48,094 nucleotides of DNA from Candidatus Desulfobia pelagia (GTDB taxonomy: Bacteria; Desulfobacterota; Desulfobulbia; Desulfobulbales; SURF-16), in the NCBI GenBank assembly GCA_014382295.1, contig JACNJZ010000091.1:5529-53622 (forward strand), written 5' to 3'. Positions within the stretch are counted from its first letter, which is position 1. Each line of letters starts with the position of its first letter. The position numbers were made by a program, and so were the translations under genes. The notes under the pieces were generated by a model. It had not been told where the DNA came from. It did not search any database and worked only from the letters and a program-made list of their open reading frames with translations. Of this stretch, positions 28,650 to 38,205 are shown piece after piece.

Positions 28650-31220
28650 ATGACCCGAGCTTTGAAATGGAAAATAGCTTTACTAGCTTTTTTTATTGCT
28701 TTTTCAGGCATAACCATGCTGCCTTCAGTTTACAAGAACATGCCGACATGGTGGCAGAAATACATGTCTCCGGAAGGACTGCGTCTTGGCCTTGACCTTC
28801 AGGGCGGAATGCACCTGGTGCTCAAGGTTGACCTTGAAAAAGCCATAGAGAATTCTCTGGAATTTGCTGCCCAGGATTTAAAGAACCAACTCCGCGACAA
28901 AAAAATCTCTGTAGTCCAGACTCCATCCCGTGACCCGCAGAAAATTGTTTTCACCCTGCCAAATACAGAATCTGTCAACACTGTCGAAACGATAATCAAA
29001 GACGATTTCCCCAATCTTGAAGTAGTAATACAGGCTGAGCAGGGAACATTTCCCAGGATCACCCTCAACCTCAGCGAAGACCAGGTCGAGTTCATAAATA
29101 AAAATGCGGTCAACCAGTCTCTGGAGATTATCCGGAATCGTATTGACCAGTTTGGTGTAGCTGAGCCAGTTATTGTCCGCCAGGGAAAGGATGAAATTAT
29201 CGTCCAGCTTCCGGGAGTCAAGGATCCCAAAAGAGCCTTAAGCCTCATTGGACAGACAGCCCAGCTCGAATTTAAAATAGTAGTCAGCGACTCCGGCATC
29301 AACCTTCCTGACCTCATAGGCAAAGCCGCCTCAGACGGTCAGTGGAGTGAGGGCGACAGCAGGGAAAAACTCAACCAGGCACTGCAGCGGTTCCTCCCTG
29401 ATGAAACCGAAGTCTACTTTGAAAAAGAAATACAGGCCGAGACCGGCAGAGAAATCAAAACCCCTCTGCTGATCAAAGAGCAGATACTGATGACTGGCGA
29501 CATGGTAAAGGATGCCCAGGTCCGGGTAGGAGGCACCTTTAACGAACCCTATGTCAGCCTTGACCTCACCGGCCGCGGCGCTAAAGTTTTCGGAAAAATC
29601 ACAGAAGATAATACCGATAAAAGACTGGCCATAGTGCTTGATAATGTTGTCCGCTCCGCTCCTGTTATCAGAGAAAAAATTCTTGGCGGCAGCGCCCAGA
29701 TAACCGGCAGCTTCACTTACGAAGAGGCCAATGACCTGGCAATCATATTGCGGGTCGGTGCCCTGCCTGCTCCTGTTTCCATAGTCCAGAACCTGACTGT
29801 CGGGGCTTCACTTGGACAGGATTCCATCAACAAGGGACTTGCCGCCGGTCTTCTCGGTACGGCCCTCGTTCTTTTATTTATGGTTTTCTACTACAGACTA
29901 TCGGGCGTTATTGCCACCGCTGCCCTGCTCCTGAATATTCTTTTTGTTTTTGCAGGTCTTGCTGCCATGCAGGCCACTCTTACGCTGCCCGGCATTGCAG
30001 GTATCATCCTATCCATTGGTATGGCCGTTGATTCAAATGTCCTTATTTTTGAACGAATGCGGGAGGAATTTGCCCTTGGCAAGTCAGTACGGTCCGGCAT
30101 CGAAAGCGGCTATGAAAAAGCGTTTTCAACCATTGTCGACTCCCAGGTGACAACACTCATTACCGCTCTCGCGCTCTTTCTGTTCGGCACTGGCCCCATT
30201 AAAGGCTTTGCCGTCACCCTGTCCCTTGGCGTCACCTTCAACCTTTTCACCACCCTGTTTGCGACACGTCTCGCGTATGACATCCTTTACAGCACCCGCA
30301 GACTGAAACCGATCTCATTCCTCACAATTCTCAAGAAGCCCAACCTTGACTACATGCAAATGAAGAAGTTCACGTTTGCTCTTTCCGGCATCCTTGTGGT
30401 CTGCGGCCTTATAGCTTTCACCCAGATACTGAGAGGCCAGGGCAACCTGGGAGTTGATTTCACCGGCGGTTCACTTCTTCAATATAAAGCAGACAAATCC
30501 TTTGACTTAAATACTGTTCGCAATGTATTTGCCACTAATTCGAGTGAAGGTGTGGAACTGCAGCCCGTTACCAGTGAAAACAGGCTGATAGTCAAAATCA
30601 AGAAATCTGAACAGATTGTCGGAGACGATTCTGTTATCATTACAAATCTTCTCACAGAAAACATGCCTGAACATAATTTTGTTCTTGAAAGCCAGTCAGA
30701 AATAGGCTCATCCATCAGTGAAATGCTCAGGAACAAGGCCTTGCAGGCTATCGCCATTTCCCTGTTTGGCGTTATCTGCTACCTGGCACTGCGCTTTGAC
30801 ATCAGGTTCGGTGTGGCTGCAGCCATTGCCACCTTCCACGATGTTATTGTTGTCCTGGGAATCTGCTGGGCTATGAATATTGAAATTACCCTTCTGATAG
30901 TTACTGCCCTGCTGACCCTTGCCGGCTATTCCCTCAACGACTCAGTTGTCGTTTTCGACCGGATTCGGGAAAACATGCGCAAACAGGATCTTGACCTCAA
31001 TTTTACAGGCATCATCAACGTCAGTATCAATGAGGTTCTCAGCAGAACAATTGTTACATCACTGACATCAGCTCTAGTTCTGGCGGCAATCTTTTTTCTC
31101 GGCGGAACAGTCATTCATGACTTCTCCTTTGCCCTGCTGGCCGGCCTTCTTGTTGGCACCTATTCTTCGATCTTTGTTGCAAGTCCTATTCTCCATCTGT
31201 GGCCTGCAGAAAAAAGCTGA
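28650..31220 (+). CDS. secDF: protein translocase subunit SecDF (fused)
   Basis: 856 aa with the SecD part 'LGLDLQGGMHLVL', 'NRIDQFGVAEPVIVRQG', 'LEFK' and 'GPSLGQDSI'-like 'GASLGQDSINKG'. A second 6-TM SecF part follows: 'GVDFTGGS...LSLNDSVVVFDRIREN'. Confidence 0.9.
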   Translation: MTRALKWKIALLAFFIAFSGITMLPSVYKNMPTWWQKYMSPEGLRLGLDLQGGMHLVLKVDLEKAIENSLEFAAQDLKNQLRDKKISVVQTPSRDPQKIVFTLPNTESVNTVETIIKDDFPNLEVVIQAEQGTFPRITLNLSEDQVEFINKNAVNQSLEIIRNRIDQFGVAEPVIVRQGKDEIIVQLPGVKDPKRALSLIGQTAQLEFKIVVSDSGINLPDLIGKAASDGQWSEGDSREKLNQALQRFLPDETEVYFEKEIQAETGREIKTPLLIKEQILMTGDMVKDAQVRVGGTFNEPYVSLDLTGRGAKVFGKITEDNTDKRLAIVLDNVVRSAPVIREKILGGSAQITGSFTYEEANDLAIILRVGALPAPVSIVQNLTVGASLGQDSINKGLAAGLLGTALVLLFMVFYYRLSGVIATAALLLNILFVFAGLAAMQATLTLPGIAGIILSIGMAVDSNVLIFERMREEFALGKSVRSGIESGYEKAFSTIVDSQVTTLITALALFLFGTGPIKGFAVTLSLGVTFNLFTTLFATRLAYDILYSTRRLKPISFLTILKKPNLDYMQMKKFTFALSGILVVCGLIAFTQILRGQGNLGVDFTGGSLLQYKADKSFDLNTVRNVFATNSSEGVELQPVTSENRLIVKIKKSEQIVGDDSVIITNLLTENMPEHNFVLESQSEIGSSISEMLRNKALQAIAISLFGVICYLALRFDIRFGVAAAIATFHDVIVVLGICWAMNIEITLLIVTALLTLAGYSLNDSVVVFDRIRENMRKQDLDLNFTGIINVSINEVLSRTIVTSLTSALVLAAIFFLGGTVIHDFSFALLAGLLVGTYSSIFVASPILHLWPAEKS

Positions 31221-31237
31221 AAGAAAAGATCTGCCCA

Positions 31238-31948
31238 ATGAAACCTGGTATCCATCTGCCCAACAATGTGAAACAGCTAAAGGAGGATGAAACATTCTGC
31301 TTTAGCTGTCACCCTGGTGTCCCATGCTTTTGTGACTGCTGCCAACAGCTTGAACTTGCACTTACCCCGTACGATGTCCTTCGCCTGAAAGAAGTCCTCG
31401 GCCTCACAGGTACGCAGTTCCTTGACCAATATGCCGTGATAGAATACGGAGAAGGAGATATCTTTCCCAGAGTGTATCTCGCCATGAAAAATGACAGCAG
31501 GGAAAGCTGCCCCTTTGTTTCATCAAACGGCTGCACTGTCTATGAAGGAAGACCAAGCGCCTGCCGTACGTATCCGCTTGGTAGAGGTGCATGGCTGGAT
31601 CAGAAGGGTAAAAGCCACGCCTCTCACGTGGTCATTTATGAAAATCACTGCCTTGGCTTTGCTGAAGCACCCAAACAAAACATAGCGGGCTGGGTGCACG
31701 ATCAAGGACTTGCCCCCTACAATGAAGCTAACGACCAGCTCATGAGACTCCTTCAGCATAAAAATATTGCGGCCGGCTTCCGTCCGTCTGCATCTCAATG
31801 TGATCTTTATATCCAAACCCTGTATCACCTTGAACCTTTCAAAAAAACCACTGCCGACGCCATAGGACTTGTCATGAGCGATACTGCCCTGCTGCCATAC
31901 GCAATCAACTGGCTTATCGATGAACTTTTTCCAGAGGAGAAAAATTAA
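31238..31948 (+). CDS. YkgJ-family cysteine-cluster protein (UPF0153)
   Basis: 'CFSCHPGVPCFCDCCQQ' and 'CPFVSSNGCTVYEGRPSACRTYP'. The Met at 31238 is chosen so the gene starts after the secDF stop. Confidence 0.75.
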   Translation: MKPGIHLPNNVKQLKEDETFCFSCHPGVPCFCDCCQQLELALTPYDVLRLKEVLGLTGTQFLDQYAVIEYGEGDIFPRVYLAMKNDSRESCPFVSSNGCTVYEGRPSACRTYPLGRGAWLDQKGKSHASHVVIYENHCLGFAEAPKQNIAGWVHDQGLAPYNEANDQLMRLLQHKNIAAGFRPSASQCDLYIQTLYHLEPFKKTTADAIGLVMSDTALLPYAINWLIDELFPEEKN

Positions 31949-31987
31949 TCCTGAGCCATGCCTTTTCTTTGAGGCGCTTCTCTTTCC

Positions 31988-32734
31988 ATGACAACTCCTG
32001 CCATTGATACAGTGACAACATCAGACATTCCTCCGATGAAGAGACTTGCTCTTTTTATCCTTGAGATACGCAAGACCATCCTCGTTCTCGGCCTGGCAAT
32101 TGCCGCCGGCACCATAGGTTTCTACTTCCTGTCACCGCAGCTGTTTCACATAATACAAGGGCACCTGGATCAAAAACTTGCTTTTTTCACCGTAGCTGAG
32201 CCCTTTCTGGCCCATGTAAAACTTGCGCTCTGCATAACACTATTCGTTCTTATGCCCTGGATCATATTCATATTCTGGAGGGCATTATCAAAACCCTTTT
32301 CCCTTTCCCAAAAAGCAGTTATCAATTTTGTTTTTTTTACCTGCTGTCTCTTTTACACAGGCTCCCTTTTCTGCTATTTCGTCACCCTGCCTTTTGGCGT
32401 TAAATTCCTGCTTGGCTTTGAATCACAGGAACTGCAGTCAGTGATTTCTGTGGGAAAATTTGTCTCATTTGTCACTATTTTTGTTCTTGCTTTCGGGCTT
32501 ATTTTCGAATTGCCTATTTTTATGGTATTCAGCTCAAAGGTGGGAATTATCAACCGTCAGAGTTTCGCTCAGAACAGGCGATATGCCCTGCTTTTCATAA
32601 GCATTGTCGCCGCACTGCTTACTCCTACACCGGACATCATCAACATGCTTCTTATGGGAGGCCCGCTTTATCTCTTATACGAAGCAGGGATCTTCATCCT
32701 TTCCTTTATTGAAAAAAAACCTGGAAAGTGCTGA
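31988..32734 (+). CDS. tatC: twin-arginine translocase subunit TatC
   Basis: 248 aa with 6 TM segments, including 'AEPFLAHVKLAL', 'FVTLPFGVKFLLGF', 'FELPIFMVF' and 'LLTPTPDIINMLLMGGPLYLLYE'. Confidence 0.9.
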   Translation: MTTPAIDTVTTSDIPPMKRLALFILEIRKTILVLGLAIAAGTIGFYFLSPQLFHIIQGHLDQKLAFFTVAEPFLAHVKLALCITLFVLMPWIIFIFWRALSKPFSLSQKAVINFVFFTCCLFYTGSLFCYFVTLPFGVKFLLGFESQELQSVISVGKFVSFVTIFVLAFGLIFELPIFMVFSSKVGIINRQSFAQNRRYALLFISIVAALLTPTPDIINMLLMGGPLYLLYEAGIFILSFIEKKPGKC

Positions 32735-32754
32735 GATTTTATGCAGGACGGGGT

Positions 32755-33213
32755 TTAACCAATCTCCTGAACCTCAATATTATTGAGGCGAAGAAGTGCT
32801 GCTGTAACGCCAGTTTGCGGTGCAAGTCCACATGAAGGACTTTTTGACTTGAATAATACCGACCTGACCTGCAGCTTTCTGGCAATCTCCAGAACCTGAT
32901 GCGCCCCTGTCAGAAATTTCTCTGTCACATCCCGACCATCCCTGTCAACCACTCTGGCTTTGCCGCTGATCACATCATAGCCATCACCTCCGACAAGATC
33001 TGCCGGCGTTCTAGGTGTGGGTAATCCTCCCAACTGCTCCGGACAGACAGGAACCCACAGGGCCTCCTGCAGCATATCAAAGCACTTAGGGTAGGATTTC
33101 ACCTGGGCATCGTAGCGGGTACACAGACCAACCAGACAGGCAGAGACCAGATAGACAGGCTTTTGTGAATTTTTCGAAAATGATGTTGCTTTTCCAGGCT
33201 CGTCAGTTACCAT
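32755..33213 (-). CDS. DUF523 domain protein
   Basis: 152 aa with 'VSACLVGLCTRYDAQ', 'VCPEQLGGLPTPR' and 'FKSKSPSCG'. Confidence 0.75.
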   Translation of the reverse strand: MVTDEPGKATSFSKNSQKPVYLVSACLVGLCTRYDAQVKSYPKCFDMLQEALWVPVCPEQLGGLPTPRTPADLVGGDGYDVISGKARVVDRDGRDVTEKFLTGAHQVLEIARKLQVRSVLFKSKSPSCGLAPQTGVTAALLRLNNIEVQEIG

Positions 33214-33321
33214 TGTGCTTCTCTTTTTCTTGAAAGTTTCTCACAGAGATCCCTAAGAGAGGTCCTGAAAGGAATGCACCCATCAAAGGCTGCTATAACC
33301 CTTGAAGTTCTCATCACAAAA

Positions 33322-33360
33322 CTCTGTGCCTCTGTGCCTCTGTGCCTCTGTGCCTCTGTG
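33322..33360. repeat. octanucleotide tandem repeat (CTCTGTGC), about 4.9 copies
   Basis: Read directly: ctctgtgc x4 plus ctctgtg, perfect. It lies in the divergent intergenic region between the DUF523 gene and ftsB. Confidence 0.95.
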
Positions 33361-33427
33361 AGATATTATCATTATTAGCTATGGCTTTATACTCTTACCG
33401 TCTAATTTATTTAATCTTGAAAAACAA

Positions 33428-33736
33428 ATGCGCATAACAGAATTTTTTTTCAAATTACCACCAGGAGAAAAAAGATTTTTCCTGATTGTCTGCATCCTGT
33501 CTCTCCTTCTGGCGACTAGCTGGATTCTTTTTTCCTCCAATGGAGTGATGAATTATTATGCTATACAAAAAGAATTGCACATCATCCAGGAAGAAAATTT
33601 AAAACTGGCCGCTGAAAATGATCAACTCAGAAATGAGATGGGAAAACTGAAAGCCGACCCGGCCTATCTTGAGGAAGTGGCCCGCAAAGATTATGGCCTG
33701 GTAAAGAAAAACGAAATGGTTTTCAAGTTCGACTGA
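33428..33736 (+). CDS. ftsB: septum formation initiator (FtsB/DivIC family)
   Basis: 102 aa with an N-terminal TM helix, then the coiled coil 'LHIIQEENLKLAAENDQLRNEMGKLKADPAYLEEVARKDYGLVKKNEMVF'. Confidence 0.75.
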   Translation: MRITEFFFKLPPGEKRFFLIVCILSLLLATSWILFSSNGVMNYYAIQKELHIIQEENLKLAAENDQLRNEMGKLKADPAYLEEVARKDYGLVKKNEMVFKFD

Positions 33737-33950
33737 TCACCTGGCCAGCCAATAGAATTGATACAAAACCTTTCACCATAGACATTCAAAAACTCTCTGC
33801 CCTGCATCATCTAATTTTTTATTTTTTTCTTACTATCTGTAAAAATCTATTGGCTTTTAAGAACCCCTCCTACTATACTACAATGTAGAGCATTTTCTTC
33901 TCGTATAAGTTAGGCAGTATAAATTTGCAATTCCACCAAGGAGGAATAAC

Positions 33951-34994
33951 ATGAAGAAGCTGTTGTTATCAGGTGTATGCTTATCTATGGTTTTGATTGG
34001 ATCGACAGCAGGGGCGTCATATTATGTCGGCTCTGATCAGTGTTTCACGTGCCACCAGGACCAGTTCAACGAATGGCAGGCTTCAGGCCATCCCTGGAAA
34101 CTCAGGAAAGTTGACAAGGCCCGTTATTCCAAACTGCCATTGCCTCCAGGATACTCATGGGACGATATCTCCTATGTCATTGGCGGCGCCAACAAGAAAG
34201 CCAGATTCATCGACCTGGAAGGCTATATTATCACCACCGCCAAAGATGGCTCCGAGGCAAAGACCCAGTATAACATCAATGACGGCAGCTGGTCTTTTTA
34301 CCACCAGGGCGAAAAAAAACCATACAAATGCGGCCCCTGCCATATGACAGGCTACACTCCTGACGGCAACCAGGACGGACGACCAGGAATGATCGGCACC
34401 TGGGTCGAAGATGGTATCGGCTGTGAGGAATGTCACGGTGCAGGTTCAGACCATGCCCAGAAACCATCCAAAGAAAATATTAAAATTGACAGGGCAGTTG
34501 AGTCCTGCGGAAAATGCCATCAGCGTGGAGGCATAAATCCAGCACCTCCTGCTTCTAAAGGTTTCATTAAACACCACGAACAAATCAATGAACTCTTTGC
34601 CGGACCGCACAGTGACATGAATTGTGTGCAATGCCACAACCCTCACCAGAGAGCCATTCTTGTAAAAGACGCCTGCACCTCCTGCCATGAAGCAAAAATA
34701 GATACTTTTCCTCAATCTCTTCATGGAAAAGCCGGCCTCAAATGCTTTTCATGCCATATGCCTAAGGCGACCAAGTCCGCTATTAAAGAAAACAAGTATA
34801 CCGGAGACGTACGGACTCACATTTTTACAATAAATTCCGATCCTGCAGCCAATATGTATGAAACAGTCGAAAAATCAGGCAAGAAATCCACCACAGCAAA
34901 AGGATTTGTCACCCTGGATTATGTATGTCTGGGTTGCCACCAGAGCAAAGATATTAACTGGGCTGCAAAAAACATTAAAAATATCCATGAGTAA
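33951..34994 (+). CDS. secreted octaheme c-type cytochrome
   Basis: 347 aa with a signal peptide 'MKKLLLSGVCLSMVLIGSTAGA'. It has eight CxxCH motifs (CFTCH, CGPCH, CEECH, CGKCH, CVQCH, CTSCH, CFSCH, CLGCH). AAGGAGG lies upstream. Confidence 0.9.
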   Translation: MKKLLLSGVCLSMVLIGSTAGASYYVGSDQCFTCHQDQFNEWQASGHPWKLRKVDKARYSKLPLPPGYSWDDISYVIGGANKKARFIDLEGYIITTAKDGSEAKTQYNINDGSWSFYHQGEKKPYKCGPCHMTGYTPDGNQDGRPGMIGTWVEDGIGCEECHGAGSDHAQKPSKENIKIDRAVESCGKCHQRGGINPAPPASKGFIKHHEQINELFAGPHSDMNCVQCHNPHQRAILVKDACTSCHEAKIDTFPQSLHGKAGLKCFSCHMPKATKSAIKENKYTGDVRTHIFTINSDPAANMYETVEKSGKKSTTAKGFVTLDYVCLGCHQSKDINWAAKNIKNIHE

Positions 34995-35030
34995 AACCTA
35001 TATTTGAGATAATTCCACGATCATAAAACA

Positions 35031-35061
35031 AAAAAAGGGGGCTTTTAAGCCCCCTTTTTTT
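35031..35061. terminator. bidirectional rho-independent terminator
   Basis: AAAAAA-GGGGGC-TTTTAA-GCCCCC-TTTTTTT lies between the convergent cytochrome and gmhB genes. Confidence 0.85.
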
Positions 35062-35081
35062 GTTTTTACTATTTTCTATTA

Positions 35082-35666
35082 TTATCCAGGCATTCCCAGA
35101 TCAGTGAGAATCCACGAAACCGCACCCTGGAGATCCTCGGCAACATACTGCGGCTGCACGTTCTGAGTCGGGCCGATAAACTGGTAATCCCCCCGGCCAT
35201 AGCCGCTGAGGACAAGAATTCCCTTTGCCTTACAGCTCGCTGCGGCCTTCAGGTCAGACCAGCGATCACCCACCACATATGATCGGGCCAGATCAATCTG
35301 GAGATCCTCTACGGCCTGAAGGAAAAGACCATTTTTGGGTTTGCGACAATCACAGTTTACCCTGAATCTTTCTTCTTTTGCCTCTGGATGATGGGGGCAG
35401 ATATATATCCCATCGACATGGGCTCCTTTCTGAGCCAGTTCCTTTTCCATTTTCAGATGTACCTCAGCCAAAAGTTCCTCTGGGAAATAGCCCCTGGCAA
35501 GCCCCGACTGATTCGTTACAACAACAACAGGAATATTGGCAGCGTTCAACCTGCTTATAGCCGCCGCAGCACCGGGAAGCATATGGAAACGACTCAAATG
35601 ATTAATATATCCCATCTGCTCATTAATAGTGCCGTCTCTATCTAAAAAAACTGCTGGTTTCATCAT
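35082..35666 (-). CDS. gmhB: D-glycero-beta-D-manno-heptose-1,7-bisphosphate 7-phosphatase (HAD-IIIA)
   Basis: 194 aa with 'AVFLDRDGTIN', 'VVVTNQSGLARGYF', the zinc-site-type 'CPHHPE...CDCRKP' and 'VVGDRWSDLKAA'. Confidence 0.8.
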   Translation of the reverse strand: MMKPAVFLDRDGTINEQMGYINHLSRFHMLPGAAAAISRLNAANIPVVVVTNQSGLARGYFPEELLAEVHLKMEKELAQKGAHVDGIYICPHHPEAKEERFRVNCDCRKPKNGLFLQAVEDLQIDLARSYVVGDRWSDLKAAASCKAKGILVLSGYGRGDYQFIGPTQNVQPQYVAEDLQGAVSWILTDLGMPG

Positions 35667-35744
35667 ATAAAATTACTGGTAAAAAGATTGATGAACTCGG
35701 AAAAAGTTAAAACACTCCGAATGACTGAGTTTTTCGACTTTCAA

Positions 35745-35828
35745 CTTAAAACTTAAAACTTAAAACTTAAAACTTAAAACTTAAAACTTAAAACTTAAAA
35801 CTTAAAACTTAAAACTTAAAACTTAAAA
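35745..35828. repeat. heptanucleotide tandem repeat (CTTAAAA) x12, perfect
   Basis: Read directly: the C of the unit recurs every 7 nt from 35745 to 35822. It lies in the divergent gmhB / rpsB intergenic region, 79 nt from the gmhB start. Confidence 0.97.
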
Positions 35829-36024
35829 AAACCCACTCTGCTTTTTTCTCCTATGACTGTCAAGGATTTTATCTTTATCGATACCCTATCACCTTGCAAA
35901 AAAAACAGGAGAGTGGTAAGAAGATAAGATTTTCTCAAACACACGTCCCTGGAAAACCCCTTTGGTGCCCTCAAGGGTTGGGGAAATGGGACGGACGAAC
36001 AACCAAAATTAAGGAGACACTGTA

Positions 36025-36807
36025 ATGAGTCACGTATCAATGAAAGAAATGCTGGTTGCCGGTATGCACTTTGGCCATCAAACCCGTCGATGGAATCCCA
36101 AAATGAAACCTTATATTTTTGGGGCCAGAAGTAAAATACATATCATCAATCTGGACAAAACCCTTCCTCTTTTCAATACTGCGTTTGAATACGTTGCCGA
36201 TACCGTAGCCAATGGAGGCTCTGTCCTCTTTGTCGGCACCAAGCGTCAGGCCCAGGAAATCATCAAGGAAGAAGCTGAACGCTCAGGTATGTTTTTCATC
36301 AATCATCGCTGGCTCGGTGGCCTGTTGACAAACTTCCAGACCATTAAAAATTCTGTTGACCGTATGAAATCAATCGAAGCCATGGTTGAAGACGGTACAA
36401 TCAATAAATATAAAAAGAAAGAAGCTCTTGGAATGGAAAAAGAGCTTACCAAACTCACACGCACCCTCGGCGGCATCAAAGACATGAAAGGCCTGCCAAG
36501 TGCAATCTTCATCATAGACCCCAAAAGAGAATCAATCGCCGTCGATGAGGCCACACGACTTGGCATTCCAGTCATAGCTATTACAGATACCAACTGTAAT
36601 CCTGACGGAATCAACTTTATCATTCCTGCCAATGACGATTCAATCCGCTCAATTCGGTTAGTTGCCTCCAAAATGGCCGACGCTGCCCTTGCCGGCAAAT
36701 CACGTCGCGGTGAAGACGTTGAAGCTGATAAAGATATTGCAGCAGCCATGGCTGCTGCAAATGAAACCACTGCTTCAGCACCTGCAGAAACACCTGCCGC
36801 TGAATAA
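36025..36807 (+). CDS. rpsB: 30S ribosomal protein S2
   Basis: '[22 protein letters not shown]' and '[26 protein letters not shown]'. AAGGAG lies 8 nt upstream. Confidence 0.97.
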   Translation: MSHVSMKEMLVAGMHFGHQTRRWNPKMKPYIFGARSKIHIINLDKTLPLFNTAFEYVADTVANGGSVLFVGTKRQAQEIIKEEAERSGMFFINHRWLGGLLTNFQTIKNSVDRMKSIEAMVEDGTINKYKKKEALGMEKELTKLTRTLGGIKDMKGLPSAIFIIDPKRESIAVDEATRLGIPVIAITDTNCNPDGINFIIPANDDSIRSIRLVASKMADAALAGKSRRGEDVEADKDIAAAMAAANETTASAPAETPAAE

Positions 36808-36862
36808 ACTCCAGCATTAACGAAAAACACTTTTTATAAATTTACATATTAGGACATTTTTA

Positions 36863-37459
36863 ATGAAGATAACGAGTCAGATGGTTAAAGAACTCCGAGA
36901 CAGGACAAATTCGGGGATGATGGATTGTAAAAAAGCCCTTACTGAAACTGAAGGCGATATGGAGAAAGCCGTTGATCTTCTCCGCCAGAAAGGTCTTGCC
37001 GTAGCAGCAAAACGTGCTGACCGAGCGACCAGTGAAGGCATCATTCAGACATATATCCACGGTGCTGGCAAGCTTGGTGTCATGGTTGAAGTTGGCTGCG
37101 AAACAGATTTCGTTGCAAAAACAGACTCCTTTATTGAGTTTGCCAAAGACATTGCCATGCACATCGCTGCTGCCAACCCTGTTGCAATCGGCAGAGAGGC
37201 TGTCCCAGAAGAACTTCTTGCACGGGAAAAAGAAATATACATCAAGCAGGCGCAGGATTCCGGTAAACCTGAGAATATTATCGAAAAAATCGTTTCCGGA
37301 AAAATTGACAAATTTTACTCTGACATTTGCCTGATGGAACAGAAATTTGTCAAAAATCCTGACATCTCTGTACAGGATATGCTCAATGAGCTTATTGCTT
37401 CCCTGGGCGAGAACATATCTATCAAGCGCTACGCCCGCTTCCAGCTGGGTGCAGAATAA
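36863..37459 (+). CDS. tsf: translation elongation factor Ts (short form)
   Basis: 'MVKELRDRTNSGMMDCKKALTETEGDMEKAVDLLRQKGLAVAAKRADR', 'VEVGCETDFVAK' and 'AMHIAAANP'. Confidence 0.95.
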   Translation: MKITSQMVKELRDRTNSGMMDCKKALTETEGDMEKAVDLLRQKGLAVAAKRADRATSEGIIQTYIHGAGKLGVMVEVGCETDFVAKTDSFIEFAKDIAMHIAAANPVAIGREAVPEELLAREKEIYIKQAQDSGKPENIIEKIVSGKIDKFYSDICLMEQKFVKNPDISVQDMLNELIASLGENISIKRYARFQLGAE

Positions 37460-37464
37460 GCCAG

Positions 37465-38184
37465 ATGACGTCTGAAGCGAAATATAAACGCGTTTTATTA
37501 AAATTCAGCGGCGAAGCCCTTATGGGTGACGCCCAGTTCGGTATCAGTAACGATATTTTATTCTACCTGGCGGAAGAAGTAAGAGAACTTCGCGCCATGG
37601 GAGTTGAAATTGGTATCGTTATTGGTGCCGGCAATATATTCAGGGGCGTTTCAGGCGCTTCTGCCGGAATGGATCGAGCTGCCGCTGACAATATGGGCAT
37701 GCTTGCCACTGTCATGAATTGCCTGGCGTTAAAAGATGCCCTTGACCAGAGTAATGCACCTGCGGCTGTATTATCGGCTATATCGATGACTACAGTCTGC
37801 GAATCTTTTTCCAGACGCCTGGCCCTGGAACATTTCAGCAAAGGCAAAACCGTAATATTTGCTGCAGGAACAGGGAACCCCTACTTCACCACAGACACCG
37901 CCGCAGTACTCCGCGGGTTGGAAATAAACGCCGACATCATATGTAAAGCAACCAGGGTTGACGGTGTCTATGACAAGGACCCACTGACCTCTGACGATGC
38001 CGTTAAATTTGACACATTGAATTACTCTGAGGTGTTACAGCGTCGGCTGAAGGTAATGGACTCAGCGGCCATTTCCCTTGCCATGGATAATAATAAAAAG
38101 ATTCTTGTTTTTAATATGAACATTCCCGGCAATATCAAAAAAGCTATCTGCGGCGAAAAAGTTGGCACATTAATTTCAGACTGA
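37465..38184 (+). CDS. pyrH: UMP kinase
   Basis: 'YKRVLLKFSGEAL', 'IVIGAGNIFRG', 'DNMGMLATVMN' and 'GTGNPYFTTDTAAVLRGLEI'. Confidence 0.95.
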   Translation: MTSEAKYKRVLLKFSGEALMGDAQFGISNDILFYLAEEVRELRAMGVEIGIVIGAGNIFRGVSGASAGMDRAAADNMGMLATVMNCLALKDALDQSNAPAAVLSAISMTTVCESFSRRLALEHFSKGKTVIFAAGTGNPYFTTDTAAVLRGLEINADIICKATRVDGVYDKDPLTSDDAVKFDTLNYSEVLQRRLKVMDSAAISLAMDNNKKILVFNMNIPGNIKKAICGEKVGTLISD

Positions 38185-38205
38185 TCTATATGAACGGAGA
38201 AGAAA

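Noticed and set aside
33925-33945. Sigma54 promoter upstream of the cytochrome gene (AGGCAGTATAAATTTGCA)
   Set aside because: The GG-to-GC spacing is 12 nt instead of the required 10.
35745-35828. Possible CRISPR array, or likewise the 33322-33360 repeat
   Set aside because: The units are 7-8 nt and directly abutting with no spacers. These are microsatellites, not CRISPR repeats.
36303-36830. 175-aa minus-strand ORF
   Set aside because: It is antisense to rpsB. It is Ala/Ser-rich shadow ORF.
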